Below, piece after piece: positions 1-9,900 of a DNA stretch of 64,000 nucleotides. A program made the translations under genes and the position numbers. This DNA comes from an uncultured Rikenellaceae bacterium. Its GTDB lineage: Bacteria; Bacteroidota; Bacteroidia; Bacteroidales; VadinHA17. How positions within the stretch are numbered: the stretch's first letter is position 1; each line of letters opens with the position of its first letter. The notes beneath the pieces were generated by a model. It saw only the letters and a list, made by a program, of their open reading frames with translations, had not been told where the DNA came from and did no database searches. The stretch covers positions 438,721 to 502,720 of the forward strand of contig CAWDHN010000012.1 of assembly GCA_963802145.1 (NCBI GenBank). The letters are read 5' to 3'.

Positions 1-1
1 C

Positions 2-352
2 CTAATCCTGTTTGCGGGTGGTGTGGTGCTGGTGCTCGTCTCATTATGGCTGGGAATTGTGAAGAATTCCCGCAGGGCAGTGTGGTACGCAGGCTTCGGC
101 ACCGTGCCGGTGGTAATGGCACTCTTCTTCTTGGCCGGTTACGGCGAGACGGCCTTCTACCCTTCATCGGCTGAACTGCAGAGCTCCCTGACACTGCAAA
201 GGGCATCATCAAGCCAGTTTACCCTCAGGACTATGTTCTATGTCTCATTTATAATCCCCTTTGTGGTGGCATACATCTGGTATGCCTGGAGATCAATAAA
301 CAGAAAGAATATCACTGCCGAAGAGATGTCGGGAGAGGACCATATGTACTAA
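2..352 (+). CDS. cydB: cytochrome bd ubiquinol oxidase subunit II, C-terminal part (5'-truncated by window)
   Basis: Hydrophobic C-terminus with 'YPSS..LQSSLTL..ASSSQFTLRTM.YVSFIIPFVVAYIWYAW', typical of Bacteroidales CydB. Confidence 0.85.
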   Translation, partial: LILFAGGVVLVLVSLWLGIVKNSRRAVWYAGFGTVPVVMALFFLAGYGETAFYPSSAELQSSLTLQRASSSQFTLRTMFYVSFIIPFVVAYIWYAWRSINRKNITAEEMSGEDHMY

Positions 353-363
353 GCAGCGGGCAG

Positions 364-1080
364 CTACACCCCGGAGGGAGGAGTCTCCCGGCGACCGGCC
401 AGGTTAAAGACCACTGATATGATTATATAGGCTGCCATGATCATCGGCAGCGAGGCGAGCCTGAAGATCAGGAACAGCAGAACAATAACCCCGGCAAAGA
501 GCCACCGCTCCTCGTTACCCTTCCATCCCAGGCTGGAGAACTTGAGCGAAAACATACGCATATTGATCAGCATCATCACGGCAAGGAAGAGTGACATCAG
601 GCCGGCGAACCACGGTGACCCGGTCAGCGTGTCAAAGACGGGATAGCCGGTGTATGCCGAGGCTATTACGACCGATACAACGATGAATGCACTCCCCGGC
701 GTAGCCAGGCCCCTGAAGGAGGTCGACTGGGTGGTGTCATTGTTGAATTTGGCAAGCCGCAAAGCCGAGGCGGCAGGTATAAGGGCAGCAATGGCAAAGG
801 CCGGCACAAATTCCATACCGGCTGAAGAGAGCAGGTTAAGGACGATGGCACCGGGGGCAATGCCGAAGGTGACCACATCAGCAAGGCTGTCGAGGTCTTT
901 CCCAATGTCGGAATATGCCTTCAGCAGTCGCGCCGCAAATCCGTCGGAAAAATCGAGGATCATGCCGGCCATGATGCAGAATGCCGCATAATCATTATAA
1001 CCTTTTATTGCATAGATAGTTGCAGCGAAACCTGAGACCAGGTTCAGCAGTGTAAGGGTATTGGGAATGTGTTTTATCAT
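364..1080 (-). CDS. pssA: CDP-alcohol phosphatidyltransferase (phosphatidylserine synthase-like)
   Basis: IPNTLT start; DFSDG..AR...S.IG..LDSLAD signature; RLAKFN; FRGLATP. Confidence 0.85.
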   Translation of the reverse strand: MIKHIPNTLTLLNLVSGFAATIYAIKGYNDYAAFCIMAGMILDFSDGFAARLLKAYSDIGKDLDSLADVVTFGIAPGAIVLNLLSSAGMEFVPAFAIAALIPAASALRLAKFNNDTTQSTSFRGLATPGSAFIVVSVVIASAYTGYPVFDTLTGSPWFAGLMSLFLAVMMLINMRMFSLKFSSLGWKGNEERWLFAGVIVLLFLIFRLASLPMIMAAYIIISVVFNLAGRRETPPSGV

Positions 1081-1151
1081 GACTCTTTGAGAGGTGGAGC
1101 TAAATTACAATATTCCGGACAACTATATTTGTTTATTTTTGCATCTGGATT

Positions 1152-1574
1152 ATGAGGGATCTGACAAATATAAAGATAGCGGTTGACTTTGACGGTACAG
1201 TTGTTGAGCACGACTACCCTGCCATCGGCAAGGAGATGCTTTTTGCCTTCATCACCCTGAAGGAGCTTCAGAAGAGAGGTGCGCTGCTCATTCTCTGGAC
1301 ATTCCGCACCGGCAGGGAGCTGAAGGAGGCGGTCGACTACTGCAGGCAGAACGGCATTGAGTTCTATGCCGTGAACAAAAACTACCCGGAGGAGCTGTGG
1401 ACAGAAGATACGCCACGCAAGGTAAATGTTGACATTTTCATTGACGACAAGAATGTAGGAGGCTTCCCGGGCTGGGGCGAGGTGCTGAACATGATCGATC
1501 CGTGGTCGGAGAGAGAGGAGCAGGCAATGCGTGCGATCAAGACGCGGCGTTTCAGCCTGTTCGGTAAGAAATAA
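1152..1574 (+). CDS. HAD-superfamily phosphatase (BT0820-like)
   Basis: IAVDFDGTVV motif I, WTFR, FIDDKN. Confidence 0.85.
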   Translation: MRDLTNIKIAVDFDGTVVEHDYPAIGKEMLFAFITLKELQKRGALLILWTFRTGRELKEAVDYCRQNGIEFYAVNKNYPEELWTEDTPRKVNVDIFIDDKNVGGFPGWGEVLNMIDPWSEREEQAMRAIKTRRFSLFGKK

Positions 1575-1615
1575 TATCGCCCCGATGAAGCAGCTATTCA
1601 AACATATCGGCAATT

Positions 1616-1797
1616 CCCATTCGCAAATCGCAAATCGCAAATCGGCAAATCACCGCTTTGCTCAACCCATTCGCAAATCGCAAATCGCAAATCGCAAATC
1701 CCGCTTTGCTCAACCCATTCGCAAATCGCAAATCGCAAATCGCAAATCCCGCTTTGCTCAACCCATTCGCAAATCGCAAATCGCAAATCGCAAATCC
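1616..1797 (+). repeat. tandem repeat of a 48-bp unit CCCAT(TCGCAAA)4TCCCGCTTTGCTCAA, ~3.7 copies
   Basis: Units at 1616-1665 (50 bp, two extra bases), 1666-1713, 1714-1761 and partial 1762-1797. Confidence 0.95.
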
Positions 1798-1817
1798 CTC
1801 TCTTCCTCTTCCTGCTC

Positions 1818-2903
1818 GTGATTATTTCAATGATCTCCTGCTCTGGCTCCCCGGGTAAGGGAATTGATAAGACCGCCGTCACTGCCGGAGATGAGGCCGC
1901 GGCTGACACCCGTCCGTCGAAGAGGCTTATTGAAGTGCTTGCCCCTGCCGATAACTCAATGTTGTCATGCTCTGACAGGATAGTCTTTTCCGTTGCACAG
2001 GCGGCAGGCCAGACAAGGGTTGACTCCGTACAGCTATGGGTCGACGGCTCCCTGAGGAAGACTCTCTTCACCCTGCCGGCTGAGGCAGAGCTCGACCCGG
2101 CAGGCATTCCGGGCAGGATATCCCTGCGGGCCGTGGCATACTCATCATCGTCAAAACCTCAGACAGTGGCACTCTTCGTTACGCTCCTGTCAGATATCAC
2201 CCCGGTGACTTACCGTTACCGCGTTGTCAGGAGCTATCCGCATGACAGGCGGGCCTATACGCAGGGACTGGTTTATGACAGCGGCTTCTTCTATGAAGGC
2301 ACAGGGCAACAGGGTGAATCATCGCTGAGGAAGGTGGAGGCCGTGACAGGCAAGGTGGTGAGCCAGGTCAATCTCGACGGCTCTCTCTTCGGAGAGGGTG
2401 TGGCACTGCTCGGTGACCGCATCTATCAGCTCACATGGACAACCAAAGTGGGCTTTGTATACGACAAATCGACCCTTAAACAGGTCAGCAGGATATATTA
2501 CCAGACCCAGGGATGGGGTCTGACGACCATGGGCGACAGCCTGGTGATGAGTGACGGAACCAATGTGATATGGTTTCTCGATCCGGAGTTCAATGTCCTC
2601 TCTTCGGTTGAAGTATGGGACAATAAGGGGATGGTGGATAACCTTAACGAGCTCGAGATGATTGACGGGGAACTCTGGGCAAACATATGGCAGACAGACA
2701 GGATAGCACGCATTGATCCGCTGTCAGGGAAGGTGCTTGGGTATGTCGAACTTAATAACCTGCTGCCCCGTGAGGAGCGTTCACAGGAGACCGACGTGCT
2801 TAACGGCATCGCCTGGGATGCAGTTAACAGACGCCTCTTCGTCACGGGCAAATACTGGCCCAGGCTCTATGAGATCACTGTCTCTCCGCTGACCCGCAAC
2901 TGA
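1818..2903 (+). CDS. glutaminyl-peptide cyclotransferase (type I, beta-propeller QC), lipoprotein; true start probably ATG 1585 upstream of the repeat
   Basis: YPHD..AYTQGL, FGEG, QLTW, GWGL, NELE, ANIW, LNGIA, TGKYW motifs; lipobox-like MISC. Confidence 0.9.
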   Translation: MIISMISCSGSPGKGIDKTAVTAGDEAAADTRPSKRLIEVLAPADNSMLSCSDRIVFSVAQAAGQTRVDSVQLWVDGSLRKTLFTLPAEAELDPAGIPGRISLRAVAYSSSSKPQTVALFVTLLSDITPVTYRYRVVRSYPHDRRAYTQGLVYDSGFFYEGTGQQGESSLRKVEAVTGKVVSQVNLDGSLFGEGVALLGDRIYQLTWTTKVGFVYDKSTLKQVSRIYYQTQGWGLTTMGDSLVMSDGTNVIWFLDPEFNVLSSVEVWDNKGMVDNLNELEMIDGELWANIWQTDRIARIDPLSGKVLGYVELNNLLPREERSQETDVLNGIAWDAVNRRLFVTGKYWPRLYEITVSPLTRN

Positions 2904-3004
2904 TCGCTTTTGCGGTCTTCCCGCTGTTGAAAACGTGTTAATAAACCCGGGCCAAATGTTTACAAGAACATGCATGGCCGGCTTTCCGGGATAGCCATTA
3001 GTAG

Positions 3005-3012
3005 TAAATTTG
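3005..3012 (+). promoter_or_regulatory. Bacteroidota sigma-A -7 element (TAAATTTG) upstream of parA
   Basis: Matches TAnnTTTG about 30 nt before the ATG. Confidence 0.55.
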
Positions 3013-3044
3013 AAGCTCATTAATTTAAGGAAAAAAGGGATCAT

Positions 3045-3827
3045 ATGTCAAGGATAATAGCACTGGCCAATCAGAAGGGAGGGGTAGGGAAGACGACTAC
3101 GGCAATCAATCTGGCCGCAAGCCTGGCAGCGCTTGAAAAGAAGGTACTTATTGTTGATGCCGACCCGCAGTCGAACGCCACATCAGGCGTGGGCATTGAC
3201 AGCAAGCAGGTGAAGGTCACCATATATGACTGCCTGATTGACGGGGTAAACCCACGCGAGGCGATAATGGCATGCGGCATAGACAACCTGTCGGTCATCC
3301 CTTCAAACATTGACCTGGTGGGAGCCGAGATAGAGATGCTCGAGAGGCCTGAGAGAGAGAAGACCCTTAAGAAGGTTCTCGCGGTTATCTCTGCCGATTA
3401 CGATTATATTCTCATCGATTGCTCCCCGTCGCTCGGTTTGCTGACCGTCAATGCACTCACTGCCGCCGATTCGGTGATTATACCTGTGCAGTGCGAGTAT
3501 TTTGCGCTGGAGGGGCTCGGCAAGCTGCTCAACACCATCAAGATCATTCAGACCAACCTTAACCCGGTCCTTGAGATCGAAGGTTTTCTTCTGACGATGT
3601 ATGACTCGCGTCTCCGACTTGCGAACCAGGTGGTGGATGAGGTCACGCGTCATTTCCAGCAGATGGTCTTCAATACGATCATACAGCGCAATGTTAAGCT
3701 GTCAGAGGCTCCCAGTTACGGGCAGCCCGCCATACTCTACGATGCAGAATCACGGGGTACGGTCAATTATCTCAGCCTGGCCCGCGAGTTGCTCGACAGG
3801 GTAGAGGCCAGGCAGAAGAACCAATAA
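3045..3827 (+). CDS. parA: ParA/Soj chromosome partitioning ATPase
   Basis: NQKGGVGKTT deviant Walker A, DADPQ, IDCSPSLG, QCEYFALEG, EAPSYG. Confidence 0.95.
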   Translation: MSRIIALANQKGGVGKTTTAINLAASLAALEKKVLIVDADPQSNATSGVGIDSKQVKVTIYDCLIDGVNPREAIMACGIDNLSVIPSNIDLVGAEIEMLERPEREKTLKKVLAVISADYDYILIDCSPSLGLLTVNALTAADSVIIPVQCEYFALEGLGKLLNTIKIIQTNLNPVLEIEGFLLTMYDSRLRLANQVVDEVTRHFQQMVFNTIIQRNVKLSEAPSYGQPAILYDAESRGTVNYLSLARELLDRVEARQKNQ

Positions 3828-3843
3828 TACGTTTATCCGCGTT

Positions 3844-4731
3844 ATGAACACAGCCAAAAAGAGCCCCCTGGGCAGAGGCCTCGGCGCCCTGATTGATGGT
3901 GTTGAGAAAGAGGTGCTGGAGAAAAAGGTTGAGGCCAATCTCCAGATAGATATCAACTCCATTGACGGCAACCCTTTTCAGCCGCGCACCCGTTTTGACA
4001 GCCAGTCGCTTGAAGAACTCGCAGCCTCCATACGCCAGGTGGGTATAGTGGTGCCCCTCACCGTCAGGGAGACAGGTGAAGGCCGTTACCAGCTCATCGC
4101 CGGTGAAAGAAGGCTGCGCGCCGCTCGCATGGCCGGCCTGACACACGTTCCGGCATACATCCGCACTGCCGATGACACTGCGATGCTGGAGATGGCCCTG
4201 GTGGAAAATATTCAGAGGGAGGATCTTGATGCCATCGAGGTGGCAATCACCTACCAGCGTCTTATTGAAGAGTGCAGCCTCACCCAGGAGCAGCTCAGCG
4301 ACAGGGTGGGCAAGCAGCGTTCGACGGTGGCGAACTACATGCGCCTGCTGAGGCTTCCAGCGGAGATACAGCTGGGCATACGCAACAGGAATCTCTCCAT
4401 GGGTCATGCTCGTACCCTCGTCAATATCGAGGACCCGGCCAAACAGATTAACGTCTTCTATCATATCATTCAGGAAGACCTCTCCGTAAGGGCTACGGAG
4501 GAGCTGGTACGTCACCTCCAGGGTACACCCTCGAGAGATCCGGTGAAGGTTGAGAAGAGAAAGAGGCTCAGCACCGAATACGAGGAGCTGGCCCGGCAGC
4601 TAAGCACCCTCTTCCGGTCGGAGGTGCAGTTCCGCATCAATGAAAAGGGCCGGGGCAAAATCGTCATCCCGTTCGGTGACAGCGATGAGATGGAACGCAT
4701 AATCGCATTGCTCGATAAACTTAGCAGGTAA
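3844..4731 (+). CDS. parB: ParB/Spo0J partition protein
   Basis: LGRGL, NPFQPR, GERRLRA, ENIQREDL, HTH; directly follows parA. Confidence 0.95.
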   Translation: MNTAKKSPLGRGLGALIDGVEKEVLEKKVEANLQIDINSIDGNPFQPRTRFDSQSLEELAASIRQVGIVVPLTVRETGEGRYQLIAGERRLRAARMAGLTHVPAYIRTADDTAMLEMALVENIQREDLDAIEVAITYQRLIEECSLTQEQLSDRVGKQRSTVANYMRLLRLPAEIQLGIRNRNLSMGHARTLVNIEDPAKQINVFYHIIQEDLSVRATEELVRHLQGTPSRDPVKVEKRKRLSTEYEELARQLSTLFRSEVQFRINEKGRGKIVIPFGDSDEMERIIALLDKLSR

Positions 4732-4769
4732 ATAGTTATATTTGCCGGCAAACGTAAAAGGTTTGCCCT

Positions 4770-5399
4770 TTGGAGCTGTTCAGCAAAATAGCATTCTTCT
4801 TTTTTTTATCATCGGTAATGACCTGCGGCACACAGGCCCAGGACACTATTCCAGTCAGGAAAGAGAGAGTCAGAAGGTATACTATTGAGCCGGTCAGATC
4901 GACCATGTATGCAGCTGCTCTTCCCGGCCTGGGCCAGATATACAACCGCAAGTACTGGAAAGTGCCTATTGTCTATGCCGGGTTTGGAGCGCTGGGTTAT
5001 GCAGTCACCTTCAACACGCAGAACTACAACACATTCATCACCGCTTACCAGGATTTCACGGATATCATACCCGAGACCGACAGTTACCTGGATCTGCTGG
5101 TTAACCAGGATCCCTCAACGTATGACCCCGTCCTCTATCCCGAGACATACGACCCGTCAAACGAGGCGTGGGTGAAGACATCGCTGCTTAACGGCGTGGA
5201 TTACTATCGCAGATACCGCGACCTCTCTTATATTGGCATTGCGGCATGGTACCTGCTGACCATCCTGGATGCCCACGTTGATGCCAGCCTCTTTGACTAC
5301 GATATCAGTGATGACCTGAAGGCATCGTTCCTCCCGGTTACCGCTACCTTTGCCGGCATAACACCCGGAATAATGGTTTCCATTACGAAGAATTTCTAA
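4770..5399 (+). CDS. DUF5683-like membrane protein
   Basis: ALPGLGQIYNRKYWKVPIVY and DAHVDA motifs; usual position after parB in Bacteroidota; TTG start with TATATTTG at 4737-4744. Confidence 0.75.
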   Translation: MELFSKIAFFFFLSSVMTCGTQAQDTIPVRKERVRRYTIEPVRSTMYAAALPGLGQIYNRKYWKVPIVYAGFGALGYAVTFNTQNYNTFITAYQDFTDIIPETDSYLDLLVNQDPSTYDPVLYPETYDPSNEAWVKTSLLNGVDYYRRYRDLSYIGIAAWYLLTILDAHVDASLFDYDISDDLKASFLPVTATFAGITPGIMVSITKNF

Positions 5400-5402
5400 A
5401 AA

Positions 5403-6968
5403 ATGATGAAGATGAATCTTAAAACAATAATCCTGCCTCTTTTTATAACCCTTTTGCCACTTTCTGCTTCTGCTGTCAATGATACCATCATAATAAAAAA
5501 TGACGATTCCACCGAGCGCATTGAGCGTGATCTGGACAGTCTCCTGAATAACTGGTTCATCCAGATGTCAGTTGCCAGGGCCGACACATCTCCGGCTGAC
5601 TCGATCATAACGGAGTTTTCAGACTCTGTTTACAAGGACCGCATCGGCAGGATCAATTCAGTCATACTCCTTCCCTACAACAATATCATCAGAAGCCACA
5701 TCCACGTCTATACCGAGCGTAAGGTCGACAGGTTCCAGGTCATGCTGGGGCTGCAGGATTACTATTTCCCGATGATAGAGGATATTTTTGATTTCTACGG
5801 CCTGCCTGTGGAGCTGAAATATATGGCGGTCATTGAATCCGCCCTCAATCCCAACGCCGTAAGCCGGGTAGGAGCTACGGGTCTCTGGCAGTTCATGTAC
5901 AGCACGGGCCGCATGTACGGTCTTACAATCAACTCGGTGGTAGATGAGCGCCGTGACCCGGTGAAGGCAACCCATGCCGCCGCCAGGTACCTGAAAGACC
6001 TCTATGGCATCTACAACGACTGGATACTGGTTATTGCAGCCTATAACTGCGGCCCGGGAAACGTCAACAAGGCGATACGCCGGTCAGACAACCGGAAGGA
6101 TTACTGGGAGATATACTATCGTCTGCCCCGCGAGACCCGCGGCTATATTCCGCAGTATGTGGCTGCTACCTATGCAATGAACTATTACCGCGAGCACAAT
6201 ATCACTCCGGTTCAGATCGACCTGCCACTGGCAGTAGACACTGTGATGGTCTCGCAGGATATTCACCTTGAGCAGATTGCCGCCGTACTCAGCCTGCCGC
6301 TGGCGGAGATCAGGGCCATGAACCCGCAGTATCGCACCGGGCTGGTTCCCGGAAAGAGCAAGCCCAGTGCCATCACCCTTCCGGTTGACAAACTCGGAGA
6401 ATTCATTGCCATGACTGACACCATCACCGGCTACCGGAAGGAGCAGTACCTCACCAGGGTCAACCAGACCACTGCTACAACACAGTCGGCCTATAGCCCG
6501 CCCGAGGTCAAGGGAAGGACAGCCCTTACCTATGTGGTGAAGGATGGCGATAACCTGGGTTACATCTCCGAATGGTATGATGTAGGCCTGTCGGACCTGC
6601 GATACTGGAACAACATTTACCGTAACACAATAAGGATCGGACAGAAACTCACCATCTATGTCGATCCGGCCAAGGTCGACAGGTACAGTAAAATCAATTC
6701 AATGAGCTTCACCGAAAAGCAGAAGCTGGAGGGGAAGGTTACCGCTGCAGCCACAGGGGTCTCAGTGACCCCTGCCGCAAACACATCCGTATCCTCCTCT
6801 TCCGACGGGGACTTTGAATTATATACCGTCAGAACCGGTGACACGGTATGGGACATCGCCAAGAAGTTTGACGGTGTGACTGCCACTGAGATAATGAAAC
6901 TGAATAACATTTCTGACGCTTCCAGGATTCAGGTTGGCCAGAAGCTGAGGATCAGGAAAAAAAGCTGA
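5403..6968 (+). CDS. mltD: MltD-type lytic transglycosylase with two LysM domains
   Basis: IES catalytic motif, ATGLWQFM, AAYNCG, ETRGY; two LysM repeats (YVVKDGDNL, YTVRTGDTV). Confidence 0.92.
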   Translation: MMKMNLKTIILPLFITLLPLSASAVNDTIIIKNDDSTERIERDLDSLLNNWFIQMSVARADTSPADSIITEFSDSVYKDRIGRINSVILLPYNNIIRSHIHVYTERKVDRFQVMLGLQDYYFPMIEDIFDFYGLPVELKYMAVIESALNPNAVSRVGATGLWQFMYSTGRMYGLTINSVVDERRDPVKATHAAARYLKDLYGIYNDWILVIAAYNCGPGNVNKAIRRSDNRKDYWEIYYRLPRETRGYIPQYVAATYAMNYYREHNITPVQIDLPLAVDTVMVSQDIHLEQIAAVLSLPLAEIRAMNPQYRTGLVPGKSKPSAITLPVDKLGEFIAMTDTITGYRKEQYLTRVNQTTATTQSAYSPPEVKGRTALTYVVKDGDNLGYISEWYDVGLSDLRYWNNIYRNTIRIGQKLTIYVDPAKVDRYSKINSMSFTEKQKLEGKVTAAATGVSVTPAANTSVSSSSDGDFELYTVRTGDTVWDIAKKFDGVTATEIMKLNNISDASRIQVGQKLRIRKKS

Positions 6969-6975
6969 TTAATAA

Positions 6976-9900
6976 TTGAATATGCGCCCCGGCAGAATTC
7001 TGCTTTTTCTGCTTGCCGTCGTTCTGACGCTCTTTGTTCTGAGTCTCGCGATCACTTATCAGAGGTCGGGGAGGGGCACGTTATTTCATGAATCATCCGA
7101 TGATACCCTTGCACATGATACGGTCACTCACGATGAACTCTTCAGTGACACCACTGTAAATGAGACACCGGTGGCTGACACCGCCGCGCATGAAAGTCCG
7201 CCGGCTGTTTCTGACCCGGATTTGCCGGCCGTCACCGTGGCAGCCCCCTATTATCCGGGTGACGCTCTGAGGGACTCGCTGGCAAAGGGCCGCCAGGTGA
7301 GGATACTCTATTACGGCGACTCCCAGGTTGAGGGCGACCGTGTCACTTCTTTGCTCAGGAGGCAGCTCAGGGAGGAGGGAGGCGGGACAGGCCCGGGGCT
7401 TATCTCTCCGGTCATGCCGGTGATGTATACACGCTCCTGGGTTGTCAGGTCGTCATCAAACTGGAAGAGGTATACGCTGCTCGATTACCGGAAAGGCTCG
7501 ATTGCCCATAACAGAATGGGACCGATGCTCGCCATTTCCCGATTCACACCACCCGGCGATTCGCTTGAAACACGCTCTTTTGCCTCGGTAAAGATAAATC
7601 CTGTCCCCGGTGCCGATGCTTCCGTATCGGAATACGATAAGCTGAGGATTTTTTACGGTAACAATTACGATACCATACTTGTCGGTATCAGATCGGGTAG
7701 CAAACTGGTGGATTTCGCGATGTTGCAGATGGGCGAAGGGCCCCTGGAATACACCGTGCCTCTGCCTTCAATATCCGATATCACCGTTGAATTTACCGGC
7801 CGCAACTCCCCGGATATATACGGTCTGAGCCTGGAGAGCGATGAAGGAGTGATCATTGACAATGTCCCGGTACGCGGAAGCGCCGGACTCGAGTTTGTTA
7901 TGACTGACATCAGGGGGATTGAAGGGTGCCTGGAAAAACTTAAACCTGATATAATCTTTCTGCAGTTTGGCCTTAACGTGGTCAGGAATGTAAGAAGCGA
8001 GTATCACTATTATGAGGAGGGCCTGGTCAAGCAGATCGAATACCTTAAGCAAGCCTCCGGAGGCGTTCCGGTGGTGCTGGTTAGTGTGACCGATATGGCA
8101 CTCAGGGTAAGTGACACCATAAGGTACTTCCCTAACATCAGGGCCATAAGGGATGCGCAGATGAAAGCCGCCGCGAGGAGCGGTGCCATTTTCTGGGATG
8201 CATGGGAGTCTATGGGCGGACGCGGCTCGATCCTTAAATGGTTTCAAAAGGTGCCGCCACTGGCCTCCCGTGACCTCACCCACCTCTCCAATGACGGTGC
8301 AGACACATTGGCCGCAAGGATTTACGCTGACCTTCTGATTGCCCGAGCATCGGCGGCCGTTACTCCTGATCAGGCCGCCGCCACCGCCGATACCATTTTT
8401 GACGGAGCGGCGACAGCAGAGTCAGCGGCCGCAGACAGCACCGCTGCCTCGCTGCAGAATATCGCCACGGATGACGATGAGAGCGTTGCCATGTCCGGGC
8501 CGGAAGATGAAGGAGGAGGCTGGCTCCTCTATCTGCTGAAGTACCACCCGCTCCAGACATTCATTTTCACCACAACGGGTTTCTGGATCTTCTTCCTTGT
8601 GGTGATGGCCGGCTTTGCGCTTATGCATAAGAAGAGAGCGATGTGCCATACATGGCTCCTGCTGGTAAGCCTTTACTTCTACTACCGGGTCGGAGGCCTC
8701 TTCATAATACTGCTGCTGCTTACCACTCTCCTGACCTACATGACGGCCCTGATGACCGGCAGGAGTGAGCGCAAATCCGGGAAACGGTTCTGGCTGGTGA
8801 CCAACATCGTACTGCTGCTTGGCTTCCTCTCATACTTCAAGTACGCGGGATTCATCACCGAATCGGTAAACTCACTCTTTGATACGGCATTTGTCGCTCA
8901 TGACATCTTTTCAGCATGGTCTAACAGCCTCTTCGGAACCTCTTTTAATGTCAATACCATTGTGCTGCCGGTGGGCATTTCATTCTTCACCTTTCAGGCA
9001 CTGAGTTACAGTATCGACGTCTATCGCGGGCGAATGGCGCCGGAAAGGAACTTTGTCGACTTTGCCTTTTACCTGACATTCTTTCCCCAGCTTGTTGCCG
9101 GTCCTATCGTGAGAGCCTCCGAATTCATACCCCAGATGAGGGGAGAGTATACGATCAGCCGCAATGAATTCGGGTACGGACTCTTCCTCATACTTCAGGG
9201 CCTGGTAAAGAAGATGCTGATTTCGGACTTCATCTCTGCGGGGTTCATTGACAGGGTGTTTGAGACTCCGGCGATCTTCTCGGGTTTTGAGAACCTCATG
9301 GCCGTTTACGGATACGGGCTTCAGATCTATTGCGACTTCTCGGGATACACCGACATAGCCATCGGCGTGGCGATGCTGATGGGATTCAGGCTTCCCCTCA
9401 ATTTCAACTCACCATACAAGGCTGCCAATATCGCTGATTTCTGGAAGCGATGGCATATATCCCTCTCCCGGTGGCTCAAGGATTATCTCTATATCCCGCT
9501 CGGGGGCAACAGGAAAGGTCCTGTGCGTACGGGCATCAACCTGATGATCACCATGCTGCTCGGGGGGTTGTGGCATGGCGCCGCCATCCGGTTTGTGATA
9601 TGGGGTGGGTTGCACGGAGCCGCTCTCGTGGCAGACAGGATATGGCAGTGGCTCTTCCGTGGTGTAAGGAGAAAGACGCGTGCGGCACGCATAGCAGGCA
9701 TCATTCTCACCTTCAACTTCGTCAGCTTCGCATGGATATTCTTCAGGGCGGGAACCATGGAGGAGGCAGGGATGATGCTGACGCAGATCTTCACATCGTT
9801 CACCCCCGGAGACTACGGGATGGTCATCATGGCCTACCTGCCTGTGATAGTACTGATCGTATCAGGATACATCCTTCACTTCCTTCCGGTAACCACCAAG

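Noticed and set aside
1616-1797. CRISPR array candidate (also considered for 28369-28543 and 34955-35066)
   Set aside because: Units are contiguous with no unique spacers, and there are no cas genes
1531-2107. Short ORFs with RKSQIAN / ICDLRFA repeats (also near 27361-27716 and 40290-40895)
   Set aside because: They are translations of the stop-free heptamer arrays, not independent genes
2920-2950. parS or oriC-like site near parAB (TGTTGAAAA, TGTTAATAA)
   Set aside because: No match to the TGTTTCACGTGAAACA palindrome; only two weak DnaA-box-like words
4800-4807. T8 run in the DUF5683-like signal sequence as a phase-variation tract
   Set aside because: Short, encodes a Phe stretch, and the gene is in frame
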